Assembly (NCBI GenBank): GCA_977017575.1
Contig: CDRNVI010000051.1
Coordinates: forward strand, 248,001-312,000
From: Paramoeba atlantica
Lineage: Eukaryota > Protista > Discosea
DNA: 64,000 nt
Direction: 5' to 3'
The first letter of the stretch is position 1. Each line of letters begins with the position of its first letter. The notes under the pieces are model-generated. The model made no database searches. It had not been told where the DNA came from and worked only from the letters and a program-made list of their open reading frames with translations. Of the stretch, positions 10,575-20,952 are shown piece after piece. The translations under genes and the position numbers were made by a program.

Positions 10575-10712
10575 CCCCCTTTCATGCTTCCCATCCCTTA
10601 CTTAGTATATAGTATCATCCGACCTCAGCCTCCCACAGGAAGTGTGCATAACATTCCTTGTAGGTAGTCATGCATTACTTCCTTTCGTGGGCATCGGTCT
10701 CCTTTAACCCTG
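10575..10712. repeat. Internal complementary block (A-prime + B-prime), the inverted copy of the joined element ends
   Basis: 10575-10680 = rc(4681-4786) and 10679-10712 = rc(10833-10866). The reverse complement reads ...ccacgaaagGAAgtaatgca..., i.e. right end joined to left end. Confidence 0.95.
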
Positions 10713-10832
10713 CCGGTGCAAAGCAGAGGTCGGATGTAATCCCCCCCCTCATTCGGTCGTATTTCCCCCTAGCCTTCCATCACCTTTCCACATTTCCTGA
10801 GAAATGTGGCCCCGGGCTTTGGACCGGAATTA

Positions 10833-10866
10833 CAGGGTTAAAGGAGACCGATGCCCACGAAAGGAA
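10833..10866. repeat. Terminal repeat B (34 bp including the GAA core)
   Basis: cagggttaaaggagaccgatgcccacgaaaggaa is the exact reverse complement of 10679-10712. Confidence 0.95.
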
Positions 10867-12446
10867 ATGTAAACTACGTAGTCATATCGTATATTATGGC
10901 TTATAAATTTTTGTTATTATCGTATATTATGTACACTATGTATGTCGCACATTATGATTTCTCCTTCAATCTAACTATTTTTCTCCTTCAATGTCTGCAG
11001 CTCCGACTATTTTCGCATGCTTTCAGAGGATTTTTTTCACCCCGCGCCGAGCCCGCACCGAACCCGCGACCCTCACATGTAGTTTCAGGTGAGTTTTCGA
11101 AACAATGGTTTACAAAAGGCGTACGAACCGAATTGAGTGACAAAAGCACTAGTTTTTCCACAATTCCAAGAGGTACCCCCTGCCCCTCCCCTCCCCACCA
11201 GGGTGATCATGGCAATCTTTGAAAATTTGAAAAAAACTGAAATTTATCGGTGAAGGTAAAAAAATATTGTTTTTCCCAAATCAACTCCTAGACCGTTTTT
11301 TCAGAGTTTGGGGCCTGAAATACCTGTATACACTTTGGCTTAATTCGATACTTCTGCTCCATGTGTTGTTGGTACACCTACGGAGGCCAAACTTCAACTG
11401 GAAGTGCGTGAAAAGCAAGGCCGTAGAGGAAGGAGGAGGCGCAAGCCTAAAAGGCAGAAGGCGGAACCTTCTGTCTTTTTGCCGCCGCCACGACGACTTC
11501 CTCACGTGAGAAGCTGTAAGAGGTCCTAGGGAGCATGTTTCGATGGCTATGTAACCCAGGCTAAAGTAGACGAGGGAGACACTAAAGGCAGCTTTAGCAA
11601 ACTACCACAAAACTGGAACAGCATCTCCATTTAAAGTTTTTTTTGAAAAAAACTTAAAAAAAAATTATATTTGAGGAAAAAACACAACCCCGATGGTCGG
11701 TAAATTTTATCCGATATACACGTAGATGTAGAATAGATGTAGAACTTGCAATACGTATGTTACACACAGCGCTATGCTCAACCTTCATAGTCTGGAATAT
11801 CAACTGACTCATCCGTGTCACTTTCTTCATCACCGCTTGATTCGTGGCATATAAAAATGGTATTTGAGTTTAAAGAGTCTTAAGAAATATTCAAAGATCT
11901 AATATGGAGTAAGAATTAGGCAGCAAGACTCATTACCGGACAGAACAAGTGTATGGAAAAGCATTTCTGGTGCAAATGTTCTTCATAAACAACAAACTAC
12001 ATCAGGAAATTTATTCGTAGAACATAAATCTCAATTTACCCTCATATTAAAGCGAGTACGGCACTCAAAATGATGAGTACCGCGAGTACCGCACTCAAGT
12101 ACGGTACTCAGGTACGCACGAAAGTATCTTAAATAAGTACGTCGTTAGTGGGAAGATATTTGCGAAGCCGGAGGGCGGGGGTATCGCGAGGGGCCGAGTT
12201 AGCGGGCCTGAGCCATACGCTGCGTCGTTAGTGGGAAGCAATTTGCGATTGCCGGTTACCAACAACCACCACTTTTTAACGAGGCAGCTACCACACCGAC
12301 CTTTTTTATTCGACATGATTCCATTTATGGATTTGTTATACAAGACCCCATATAAGAAAATAAAATATCACCGGAAACCTCGGCCTATTCCGAACGATAC
12401 TTGATACAAACGTGAGAAGCAAACGGACGTGGGCAAAATATACAAT

Positions 12447-15400
12447 TCACAGGCGGCGTGCAAAGGACTGTAACAGGTGGTCATTCATCTCTGTGGCCAA
12501 TTCTTGTTGCACGTACAACAACCAAGCCTCCTCATCTTGGTGCATTGTCAAGTTAGAGAAGCCGTTAGTGTCACAAAGAAACGCAGATATTGGGAAAGCT
12601 ACAGTAGGAGGAAGGATCGTGTCTTGGTCCTGGATACGCCGAGCTTGTCTTATTCGATTCAGCTCCGTACATTGCCATATAACGTTACGCAAACGGGCTA
12701 GAAAATGCCACTTACCGACACTTTCTGTCTGGCGCAATAAGTGTGCTACGATCATTCGGAGCTCTTCTCGGCTCTCATTGATTTTAGACGCACGATCGCT
12801 TGCGCCCATGTGCAAGAAAGCAAATCGGGTCAGTGAGATGTCGAGCAGTAATGTTTGGATGTCTTCTGTTTTGGCACAGTGCACAGCGTGCTGTAAGTGT
12901 ATTTGTGTCGAAGCGCGAAGATAAGACACGCTGTCGAAATTCTCAGAAAGATGAGAATTGTATAACTTTTCGCAAAAGAGGCGCGCTATCTGCGCGTGTA
13001 AATTTCCACGCAGATGGACTCTTTCGTGAGTCGCATTCGCTCGTAAGATATTTAAATTCAAGATTAAAGTTGCTCCGATTGAATCTTCACGTAGCTCAGA
13101 AGTGTGCGATGTCAAAGAAGGTCGTTGCCACCATCGACATGGAGTGCATCGGTTCTCTGTATACGAAGAAAAAGAATCTTCCGGATCCAGCGAAAGAAAC
13201 CACTCACGAATAGAGGAACAACCGCAAGCGTTCAAAAACATAGGCAGACAACATGAATGTGAGACACTATTTTTGTCGCCTATTCGATGCGTAGTATAAA
13301 GCTTTTTCCACAGGTCTCGCAACACGTGAATTTGTGCTCCGCAGAAGTCAGCTTTCTCTGAATTCTTTTTTGATGACGAATGAAGTCGTACCGTGTTTCT
13401 GTGGGCTATAGATTGTCCAGGGTTTCGATGGGATATCCAACGTTCTATCAAATCTAATGAAGTGATACCTTTCAGTAGCGCTTGTAAAGTACTTTCCATT
13501 TCGTTGTCCGCAAGAGTCAGTTTATTGTGCTCTGCACAGTAAATAAGGACAAGGAAGGGGTGCGGGGGTTCGCACCGAACAGCGAGATTCAGGTGCTGCA
13601 AGTATTCATCCTGTCGAGTAGAATGGAGCGCGGCGTATCCATGAACCCAGGAAAGCAAGATGAGGAGAAAATCTTTATCGAGCGTAGGGATTTGCAGTGC
13701 GGTGGTTAATGTCTCGCGCGCTTTTGTAAATCGGTGCCTGCGCGTGTAAAATGTTGCTGCGGAGGCATACACGCAAGTATGCAAATCGCAAATAATTTTG
13801 GAGTGTTCTGCTGACAGTATTTGTATGCTTTCTGTATGCAAAACCGTGTCGATGATTTGTTGGCCCTCACTTAAAAATGAAAGACAGGACTGAAAATGTA
13901 CGGAAATGTCTTTTGATTCCGAACGTATTCGCACGATACAAAGAATAGCATCAGTTAGCACCTGGTTGAACTTTAGTATTGAGATGAATGCGGAGCGTGA
14001 GATTTTGGCATAACGTTCAATACAACGCCTCGCTTTTCTTGCCATATCTAGTACGAACGTTGACAGTTCCATATCCTTCGTCGTTGTAGATAAGAATAAT
14101 TTACAATGCTGCAGAATGCAATGCTGCAACACACCTTGGCACGTATACAAAGCTTCTAAACAAAATTCTTCTTGCGAACCCAGATTTGCTCCAGTGGTAT
14201 GTTGGCATGAAATCGATGATCGGATTTCCTGAATACAATATTGAAAGAACGATTCCAAAGTAGCACATGTGTCACTCAAATGCAACAAGGCGACAAGAAA
14301 TGGGGACTTCTTTTCATGACTATTTTCTGACTTTAGGACGATTTCTTGCGGACGTATCTTGGAGTCTGTTTTACTCGTATATGGAGATTCTATAGATCGT
14401 GTACTCTTTTCAAAAATTTCTATTTCTAGAATTGAAAGCAGCAAATGAATCTGGGCTTCTATTCTGGTCAGTCTAATTCTGATGACGTGTGGCGCACTTC
14501 TTTGCAGGCGCACTGTTGCGTTTAATAGGCCTTCCAGTTCAGAAATTAGTGCCTCGACGTTTACCTCAGAGGTCGTGGTCAGCGTTTGCTCTATAGATGC
14601 TAATCTGGCTACGGTGTGAATCAGTATGACCTCTGTTAGACAACACATGTTCACAATGTTTTCCTGTAGCCCACTTTTTGTTTCATGTTGTCCCTCGTGC
14701 GCTAACCCAAAAAGAACTAAACGTCGAGATTTATCTGAAGAATCGTAGGCAAGTTTGTATGCAACATCCTGTACGCAAGTTCTTTTCAGCCAAAGAAGAA
14801 GCCGCTCAACATTCTGTTGCATCTGGGAGATATTATAGCTCTTGTCGGACTGCTCACTTAATTCCTTAGCGGACAAAATCTTCTCCGTTGTCGTCCCAGC
14901 ATAATTCCAGAGGGTAACGGCTACCCCTGTGGCGCGGCATAGATTGCACTCAAGCCAGAGCTCCGTATAGGGTAGAGAATGTCTTTCATTGTAAATCTTC
15001 CGTAGGAATCTTTGTCCGTTGCCATTCAAAAAACAGGGCGGCGCTGATACTAGGAGTCGAAGTTCGGGCATGGTCCATAGCACAGCGTCATTGAACTCGC
15101 AGGAAGGAGTCATTTCAGCATGCACACTTGTTTGGTACAACGATTTATCATAGGCAAAAGACGATGCCTTCTCAGCTGAATCCGATGCGGACACGTTGGA
15201 TTGAAAAATGTCTCCAAAGGAAATTTTATTCTTTAGAGCATTCTCGAAAGTGTCTACAACGCTGTGTAAGCCACTTATCGGCGTCTGACTCTGATGAAGA
15301 TACAATGTGGAGTGAGCGCGGTGAATAACAAATGAGGAATCCGCATTTCGTGAAGTAATTTGATGCACTAATTTTGTAAGATCCTCCGCTGTGCAAACGA

Positions 15401-16373
15401 ATTGAACGCTGGATTTGCATGACAACATTGCATCAGCGATATTAAGTGCTTTATGGTCGACCGTGACTCTTCTCGACGTGACTAAGGCGTAAGAAATATT
15501 AGAAGGGACGGGCATCGCTCCACATGTATTTCTGAAAAAATGCGAAAAACTGCTCCGCGACGATTCATCTGAAGCATCGTGAAGAGTGGGAGACATGTTT
15601 ATCTGAGTGGTTGGCACTAAGGTCAGGGATGAAGCGCTCGAAAGAAGGCAAGATGACACGTTCCCCGAGGTAGAGCACTCTTCCAAATTATACTGGGGCA
15701 GTCCCCGACATATCGTTTCCTTGCCAGCTATTGCGTGATCTATTACAAGCATTGACACGAAGTGATCTGTCATGGCACATGCAGGTTCCATCAGCGGTGT
15801 GATGTCGAACATTACGAATATTTCTAGTGTGTACCAGCGAGCTTTCTTCAGCGCTCGACTTTGAGGCTTCTTTTTGCTGCGCCTTGTGGGTCTGTAAGAT
15901 TTTTCTCGCATTGATACAATTTGGTGTGCCGAAAAGCTGTTTCTGTCCTCCAAGGTGATATCCGACAGATAATTTTTCCGTGTAATTCTTGTTCCGCCCA
16001 ATCCTTGGTGATGTTCCAGGGCATCTTGCAAGCAAGTCTGTACCATAGTCTCCAAGCAATCCATAAAGAATTGTGCTACTTGAAGCGATTTCCGAAAAGG
16101 GTCCGCTTGTAACTTCTCCGTCGTCAGCTGAAGCAATACACGTTCCACCAAGCGGCGATGACGATTGGGACAAAAAGGTGAATCTCGAATACCGCCAATG
16201 TCACGTACAATGCACTTGATTATCTGTGACCACTGAGCTGGAGGAAATCTGCGATCGCGGAGAAAGTACTCGAGTACACGAACAAGGTCGATGTTTGGAT
16301 ATGCTTCCTGTACTTTCGACCACTCATCGAAACACGGTCCACCACTTTCCTTTACAGGACTAATATGAGGCAT
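12447..16373 (-). CDS. Large protein, probably EDRF1 (erythroid differentiation-related factor 1)-like
   Basis: About 1308-aa intronless ORF (first ATG 16373). Blocks FVCTAEDLTKLV...SFVIHRAHSTLYL, LWTMPELRLLVS, ELWLECNLC and LLLWLKRTC...YKL follow the order of the conserved EDRF1 N-terminal blocks as recalled; helical repeat-like C-terminal half. Confidence 0.55.
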   Translation of the reverse strand: MPHISPVKESGGPCFDEWSKVQEAYPNIDLVRVLEYFLRDRRFPPAQWSQIIKCIVRDIGGIRDSPFCPNRHRRLVERVLLQLTTEKLQADPFRKSLQVAQFFMDCLETMVQTCLQDALEHHQGLGGTRITRKNYLSDITLEDRNSFSAHQIVSMREKSYRPTRRSKKKPQSRALKKARWYTLEIFVMFDITPLMEPACAMTDHFVSMLVIDHAIAGKETICRGLPQYNLEECSTSGNVSSCLLSSASSLTLVPTTQINMSPTLHDASDESSRSSFSHFFRNTCGAMPVPSNISYALVTSRRVTVDHKALNIADAMLSCKSSVQFVCTAEDLTKLVHQITSRNADSSFVIHRAHSTLYLHQSQTPISGLHSVVDTFENALKNKISFGDIFQSNVSASDSAEKASSFAYDKSLYQTSVHAEMTPSCEFNDAVLWTMPELRLLVSAPPCFLNGNGQRFLRKIYNERHSLPYTELWLECNLCRATGVAVTLWNYAGTTTEKILSAKELSEQSDKSYNISQMQQNVERLLLWLKRTCVQDVAYKLAYDSSDKSRRLVLFGLAHEGQHETKSGLQENIVNMCCLTEVILIHTVARLASIEQTLTTTSEVNVEALISELEGLLNATVRLQRSAPHVIRIRLTRIEAQIHLLLSILEIEIFEKSTRSIESPYTSKTDSKIRPQEIVLKSENSHEKKSPFLVALLHLSDTCATLESFFQYCIQEIRSSISCQHTTGANLGSQEEFCLEALYTCQGVLQHCILQHCKLFLSTTTKDMELSTFVLDMARKARRCIERYAKISRSAFISILKFNQVLTDAILCIVRIRSESKDISVHFQSCLSFLSEGQQIIDTVLHTESIQILSAEHSKIICDLHTCVYASAATFYTRRHRFTKARETLTTALQIPTLDKDFLLILLSWVHGYAALHSTRQDEYLQHLNLAVRCEPPHPFLVLIYCAEHNKLTLADNEMESTLQALLKGITSLDLIERWISHRNPGQSIAHRNTVRLHSSSKKNSEKADFCGAQIHVLRDLWKKLYTTHRIGDKNSVSHSCCLPMFLNACGCSSIREWFLSLDPEDSFSSYTENRCTPCRWWQRPSLTSHTSELREDSIGATLILNLNILRANATHERVHLRGNLHAQIARLFCEKLYNSHLSENFDSVSYLRASTQIHLQHAVHCAKTEDIQTLLLDISLTRFAFLHMGASDRASKINESREELRMIVAHLLRQTESVGKWHFLARLRNVIWQCTELNRIRQARRIQDQDTILPPTVAFPISAFLCDTNGFSNLTMHQDEEAWLLYVQQELATEMNDHLLQSFARRL

Positions 16374-16629
16374 TAAAAAAGTCAAAAAGGTGTGCAACTG
16401 GTTAGCGCACTACCTTAGCATTAGCACATTATAAATCCATGAGAAAATAAAAGCTCTTCACGTTTCCAGAAAGAATATTGTTACGCTAGGTTAGTATACT
16501 TTTCTCTACTTTGTCATGATCTCTGACATATCCCAAAGCACCACATACATGTACAGTGTATAGTGAAGTACAGTGTATAGTGAAGTGAACACAGCGCTCT
16601 AGCCGCTGCGCCCCAACACTACTTCAACC

Positions 16630-17729
16630 TCAATCCCTCACATCCGCAATCCCATCCTCATAAATCCCAAACACCGCCTCGCTCTCCGGCAAGCACGGGG
16701 AGTCATATACCTTCATCACCCGTTGCTCCCCCTTCCCCTTCCGCAAACTCAACCGCGTGGTACTGGCGTGGGCCATAATATGCCCCCCAATGGGCTTTTT
16801 CGCATCCGACCCCGCCATCGGACCCGCATCCGGTTGCGCCACCACCTGATTCGTCAGCACCACCGCCACCCCAAACTCCTCCGCCATATTCGTAAGTCCG
16901 CGGAGGAACCTCCCCAAATGGCCCTGTCGTGCGGCCAACTCCCCCCTCCCTGTGTAATCCGTCCGGTACAGCGCCGTGGCGGAGTCAATCACCACCAACG
17001 CAAACCGGGTCTCCGCCATCATCCCCCCCGCCTTCGCGAGCAACTCCAGCTGGTGGTCCGAGTTAAACGCCCGGGCGTAGGCCACATTATCCAGCACCCC
17101 CGCGGGGTCGAGCTGGTAACGCTGCGCAATCGCCTCCAGCCGCTCCGGCCGGAACGTCCCCTCGGTATCGATATACAGCGCCATCCCCTCCGCCCCCCCT
17201 GGTCCACCGGGAGCTGACACGTCACACACAGCGTGTGGCACAGCTGTGTTTTCCCACAGCGGAACTCCCCGAAGAGCTCGGTGAGGGATCCCGTCTCGAC
17301 CCCGCCCCCGAGGAGCCGGTCAATCTCCCGGGCGCCCGTGGTGACCCGGAGGATCTCCCTGCGTGCCTCCAGGCACAGCGTCGCGGTGGTGAACCCCATC
17401 GGGACCAGCCGCTTCGCCTCGGAGAGGATGCGCTCGGCCTTGGTGTCCGAGATGCCGCGGACGGCCAGGAGGGCCTTGAGGGGGGCCTGGGCGACCCCGT
17501 CCACGGTGTGGAACCCGTGGTCGATGAGCCGCCGGAGGTCGGTGCTGGGGATACCGCAGGCCTCGAGGCATTGGAGGGGTTTGAACCCGGTGGTGGAGGT
17601 TGGGGGGTCCTCGAGAAGGGGAGAGGAGGACTGTTGTTGTTGTAGGGGTTGGGGTTCGGTTGTGGTTGTGGTGGTGGTATCATGGCGGTTACGTTTTGCG
17701 GTGGATTTTTTGGCACTGCGCGTTTCCAT
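16630..17729 (-). CDS. RAD51: RAD51 recombinase (one-base frameshift in a G run, probably a sequencing error)
   Basis: [26 protein letters not shown] (Walker A), [63 protein letters not shown]. One extra G at 17193-17199 joins both halves into about 366 aa. Confidence 0.95.
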
Positions 17730-17928
17730 GAGGAAGAGGAAGGGGGGAGATAAGGGAGAGAGAAAAGAATGGAGGGTGAGAGACCGATTTTTGCAAGCGA
17801 AAAGAAGAAGACAGTAAAAAAATGAATTGGACGCTTAAGTGAGGGATCAGAAGTTTCCGGACTCTTACGTGGGGGATTTTAACCTATGAAGGTGGACACC
17901 TACGTGGGTGGGTTAAGAAATTAACCTA

Positions 17929-18843
17929 AACCCCTCTCACAGTTATTATTCACAAGTACAGTTATTATTCACATTTTTTATTATTCACATTCGTTTTGGT
18001 TTTGGAAATTTTCATAAAAAGTCCTTATTTCATGCCTTTGACTATCGAGCTCGTTTCTCTCGTGGACAACTTGTTTGAACTCAAGATAGATGCGCACAAA
18101 GAAGGAGTAAAAGATGCAAATTTTTATGAGGTTAGCGATGATAAAGTGAGCTCTCTCACCCTCTTATAGGGTCTATCATCTGAAGTGAGCTCTATCAGCG
18201 ACTTCGTTTGTAGATGATAATGTTGAGAACGCGGAGGCCAGTGATGGAGACGATCGCGAACAAACTTACACTGATTCTGAACTTTCGCCGTCCGATTTAT
18301 CGGAGTCATGCGATTCTTCCGAACAGGAGTCGTCTGAACAAGAGACTTCTGAAGAAGACAATGGATCTTAATTTTTACCCTCCTTCAATCAAAGGCGCGG
18401 AACTCGCAAAATACCTGATTTTGCTATTGCTATTCTGCTACTGCTCGCCTGCAGCACAGGGTACGCGTGACCCGGAAAGGATTGTATGCCGTCCATCGCA
18501 GAGAGTAGCTTTATAAATGGAAAGAAGAAGTTGCATCGTCACGTGGGTCAGTTGCATCGTCACGCCGCGACCATCTTTAGCGATGTGTCCCAGCTCTTGG
18601 ACTACTTTTTAGCAATGAACTTCGACGAGATCCCTATTTCTCTTGCTGGGCGCATGGGAATAAGTATAATTGTGAATAATAAGTGTCAGTTACACATATT
18701 ATTCACAATTACACTTATTATTCACAAAGTTCCTGTTTTTGAATGTGAATAATAACCTCCCATGAACTCCCCGCCCAGCTATCCCCGTATTAATAATAAT
18801 ATATTAGAATTAAATTATAATAATAATAACTGTGTGGGGGGTT
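17929..18843. mobile_element. Degenerate TIR element (about 915 bp), possibly TA-flanked
   Basis: aacccctctcacagttattatt versus aataataactgtgtggggggtt; TA outside both ends; subterminal ttattcaca repeats at both ends; acidic ORF remnant inside. Confidence 0.55.
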
Positions 18844-18898
18844 TATGAGTAGGATTAGGAAAAGAGTAGGTTAAAAAATTTTTCACGCTAAAGAGTAC

Positions 18899-18962
18899 TG
18901 TACGCCCCCTATTTAATTGTCACCGCTTTTCGGGAAAACGGACAATTAAATAGGGGGGTGCA
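18899..18962. repeat. Solo TA-CTGT type transposon end with an internal hairpin
   Basis: TActgtacgccccctatttaattgtc...gacaattaaatagggggg (16-bp perfect stem); same layout as ends at 38130, 38344 and 51811. No partner end found. Confidence 0.5.
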
Positions 18963-19134
18963 AATATTAATATTCTTTTTGCTACTGAATACTGTGTGGC
19001 CTAGTTTACCTGTCTGGAGGGCTCGTTGTGCTCTGTATTTTTGGTGTAGTTAACACGAATATGCGTTTAGCGTAGTGCTCTTTTTTGCTACTTTTAAAAG
19101 GCTTTTGGATTATTTTAATTTCTTTCTTAGTGGC

Positions 19135-19300
19135 TTCGTTCGGTGATTGTTTTCAACTTAGAAGTCACTCGATCTTTAGGCGAAAAGAGCAAACTTTTAC
19201 CCCAAATTTGGGCCGTTTTTGATGCCTTACCAGTACCCCACCTCCCCTCCTGTAGGGGTAGGAGGCGAATCTGACGAAGAAACTTTTAAAATTTTTGGGG
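19135..19300 (-). repeat. Partial reverse copy of the palindrome-cored dispersed repeat
   Basis: gttttcaacttagaagtcact half-core, plus aaatttgggccgtttttgatgcctt and ggggtaggaggcgaatctg matching rc(651-720). Confidence 0.8.
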
Positions 19301-19562
19301 GCAAAAAGGGACAGTTTTGACTGGAATCTCGCTGCGTAACCACAGAAAAATACGGTAAACGGATATCTTTTGAACAGACATTTTTGAGTAAAAAATTATG
19401 AGTTTTTTTTTTTGGATTTTTCCGAAATGATATCGTGTATGTACAAGTCCATACACAATAACGAAAGAATCGCTGAAATACTTTTCGCGTTTTTACGTTT
19501 CGCATTACGTTTCTATGTTTCGCATAAGAGGGGGGAATCGCAACAAAACGATAGACTTAGAA

Positions 19563-20522
19563 CTAGGCCGGCTCAACCTGAAGGCATGTATGGTATGCAC
19601 TGAATCCAACCAATGATGCAGGAAAAACAGACTTATTAATTTTACCACACAATTCTCTATTCCTGCTCAAGTCCAGATTTTCTAATTTTGTCGGCAAAGT
19701 GCCGAGCTTTTCCAATTCTTCAAAGCGATTGCTAGATAAATCAATTCGGAATAAATTTTGCGGCAAGTACGAAAGGTTGATGTGCCCAGAAAGTTGGTTT
19801 CTACTAAGACATAGTTTAGTCATATGCGGCGGCAAATGCGTGAACTCAACACACCCTTCAAAATGATTGCAGGACAAGTCAAGATTCTTCAGCGAGCCCG
19901 ACAAAGAAACCAAGTTTATACCTCCTGAGAGAAGATTTCCTGAAAGGTCCAAATGGACTATGCCTGGCGGCAAATGGACTAAGTCAATGGGGCCTGATAA
20001 CTGATTCGAATGGGCGGAAAATAGTTTTATATTCTCCGGGAGGTGCCTTAGCTCCAACGACCCGCTGAAGGTGTTATCATTGAGATCGAGGTGGATCAAT
20101 CTTGATGGAAGTAAATTCAGTGCAAGGTGCCCTGTGAGCTCATGTCCCCCAATCGAACAATCAACCACGGTACGGGGGAAATACCCCCACTGTAGTGAGC
20201 CGGAGAAAACGATGTGACCGTGCCACGTCCAGAAGCTTTTCCACTGAAGCTTTCTGACCAGCAGGTCTGTGTCGCATATGACGCCCTCCCACTGACACGC
20301 AGGCGTTGAAGGCTTCCATGAGGGGTGCGGGTTTTGAATATGAGATATAAATCGTACAAGGTCGTATTCTTGGGGCAAGGTGGCACCGCGTACTTTAGCG
20401 GTACGCACACTCGAGAGTGCGGTTTGTGGCGTCTCGTCAGGTTCCGGAGAAATGTAGTCAACTCGATGACACTTTGACGGTGATGATTGTGTGTCCTCGA
20501 GCTGGAGTCTGAGACCGAACAT
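19563..20522 (-). CDS. Leucine-rich repeat protein (plant RLK-like N-cap plus LRRs)
   Basis: ACQWEGVICD cap; repeated LxxLDLSxNxLSGxIxLxxLP units. First ATG is 20522. Confidence 0.9.
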   Translation of the reverse strand: MFGLRLQLEDTQSSPSKCHRVDYISPEPDETPQTALSSVRTAKVRGATLPQEYDLVRFISHIQNPHPSWKPSTPACQWEGVICDTDLLVRKLQWKSFWTWHGHIVFSGSLQWGYFPRTVVDCSIGGHELTGHLALNLLPSRLIHLDLNDNTFSGSLELRHLPENIKLFSAHSNQLSGPIDLVHLPPGIVHLDLSGNLLSGGINLVSLSGSLKNLDLSCNHFEGCVEFTHLPPHMTKLCLSRNQLSGHINLSYLPQNLFRIDLSSNRFEELEKLGTLPTKLENLDLSRNRELCGKINKSVFPASLVGFSAYHTCLQVEPA

Positions 20523-20621
20523 CGCGAATTTGACACAGGAAAGAAAATGTAATATAGGAATGTATGGGAAAAAAGACTTTCGAGGACCGTGAAAGTAAGA
20601 GATACAGGAACGCAATGTGTA

Positions 20622-20952
20622 CAGTGCGGGGCTTTATTACGGGACGGGTTAATTAAGGGACACCCCCCATCAGGGCCAAAGTGTCCCGTAATTAACCGTC
20701 CCTTAATTCTCCGTTTTGTTTTCTAAGCCTCTACTATACCTTTTTCTTTCAATTATCTTCCTTTATGTATCTCCTTTTTGTTCAGTTATCTTACAAATAC
20801 ATTTTTATGTGTGCCTGATAACTTGCGCGCTCTGCTACTTGTACGCTACACTTGTAGTTTTCTTGTCCCATTCCAAAAATGACCCCACTCCTATATTGTC
20901 CCTTAAATACCTGTCCCGTAATTAAGCCGTCCCGTAATAACACCACGCACTG
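20622..20952. mobile_element. Tc1/mariner-type MITE, 331 bp, TA target duplication
   Basis: TA|cagtgcggggctttattacgggacgggttaattaagggaca ... tgtcccgtaattaagccgtcccgtaataacaccacgcactg|TA (about 41-bp imperfect TIR). Confidence 0.88.

Larger units (their letters stand above)
4680..10866 (-). mobile_element. Full-length tyrosine-recombinase (DIRS-order, VIPER/TATE-like gene order) retrotransposon with split inverted repeats
   Basis: Minus-strand ORFs gag-CCHC, tyrosine recombinase, RT-RNaseH. Termini 4681-4786 and 10833-10866 are perfectly complementary to internal 10575-10712. GAA occurs at both junctions. The empty site is seen in the paralogous copy at 3321-3357. Confidence 0.93.
1059..11074 (+). 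mobile_element. Possible Harbinger-like composite element enclosing the tandem transposases and the nested YR retroelement
   Basis: Left end gaggggctgcgggt (1059) and right end acccgcgaccctc (11074) form an imperfect inverted pair. Both ends carry ccga(a/g)cccgcaccgaacc (1081, 11047). ACAT flanks both sides. GAGGG ends match the better supported Harbinger at 27719. The TIR is short and imperfect. Confidence 0.3.

Noticed and set aside
9918-10612. Repeated small ORFs MAHDHGAIF...
   Set aside because: By-products of the tandem array, on the strand opposite the element, starting at non-ATG codons.
10681-10864. Independent 184-bp MITE with a 32-bp TIR
   Set aside because: Its left arm is contiguous with the A-prime block and completes the circle-junction copy, and the host sequence resumes only after 10866; it is better explained as part of the YR element.
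17193-17199. Programmed ribosomal frameshift in RAD51
   Set aside because: A homopolymer indel error is far more parsimonious, and no stimulatory signal was identified.
17921-18860. piggyBac assignment for the 17929-18843 element
   Set aside because: TTAA is present near the left end only, and no piggyBac transposase motifs are visible.
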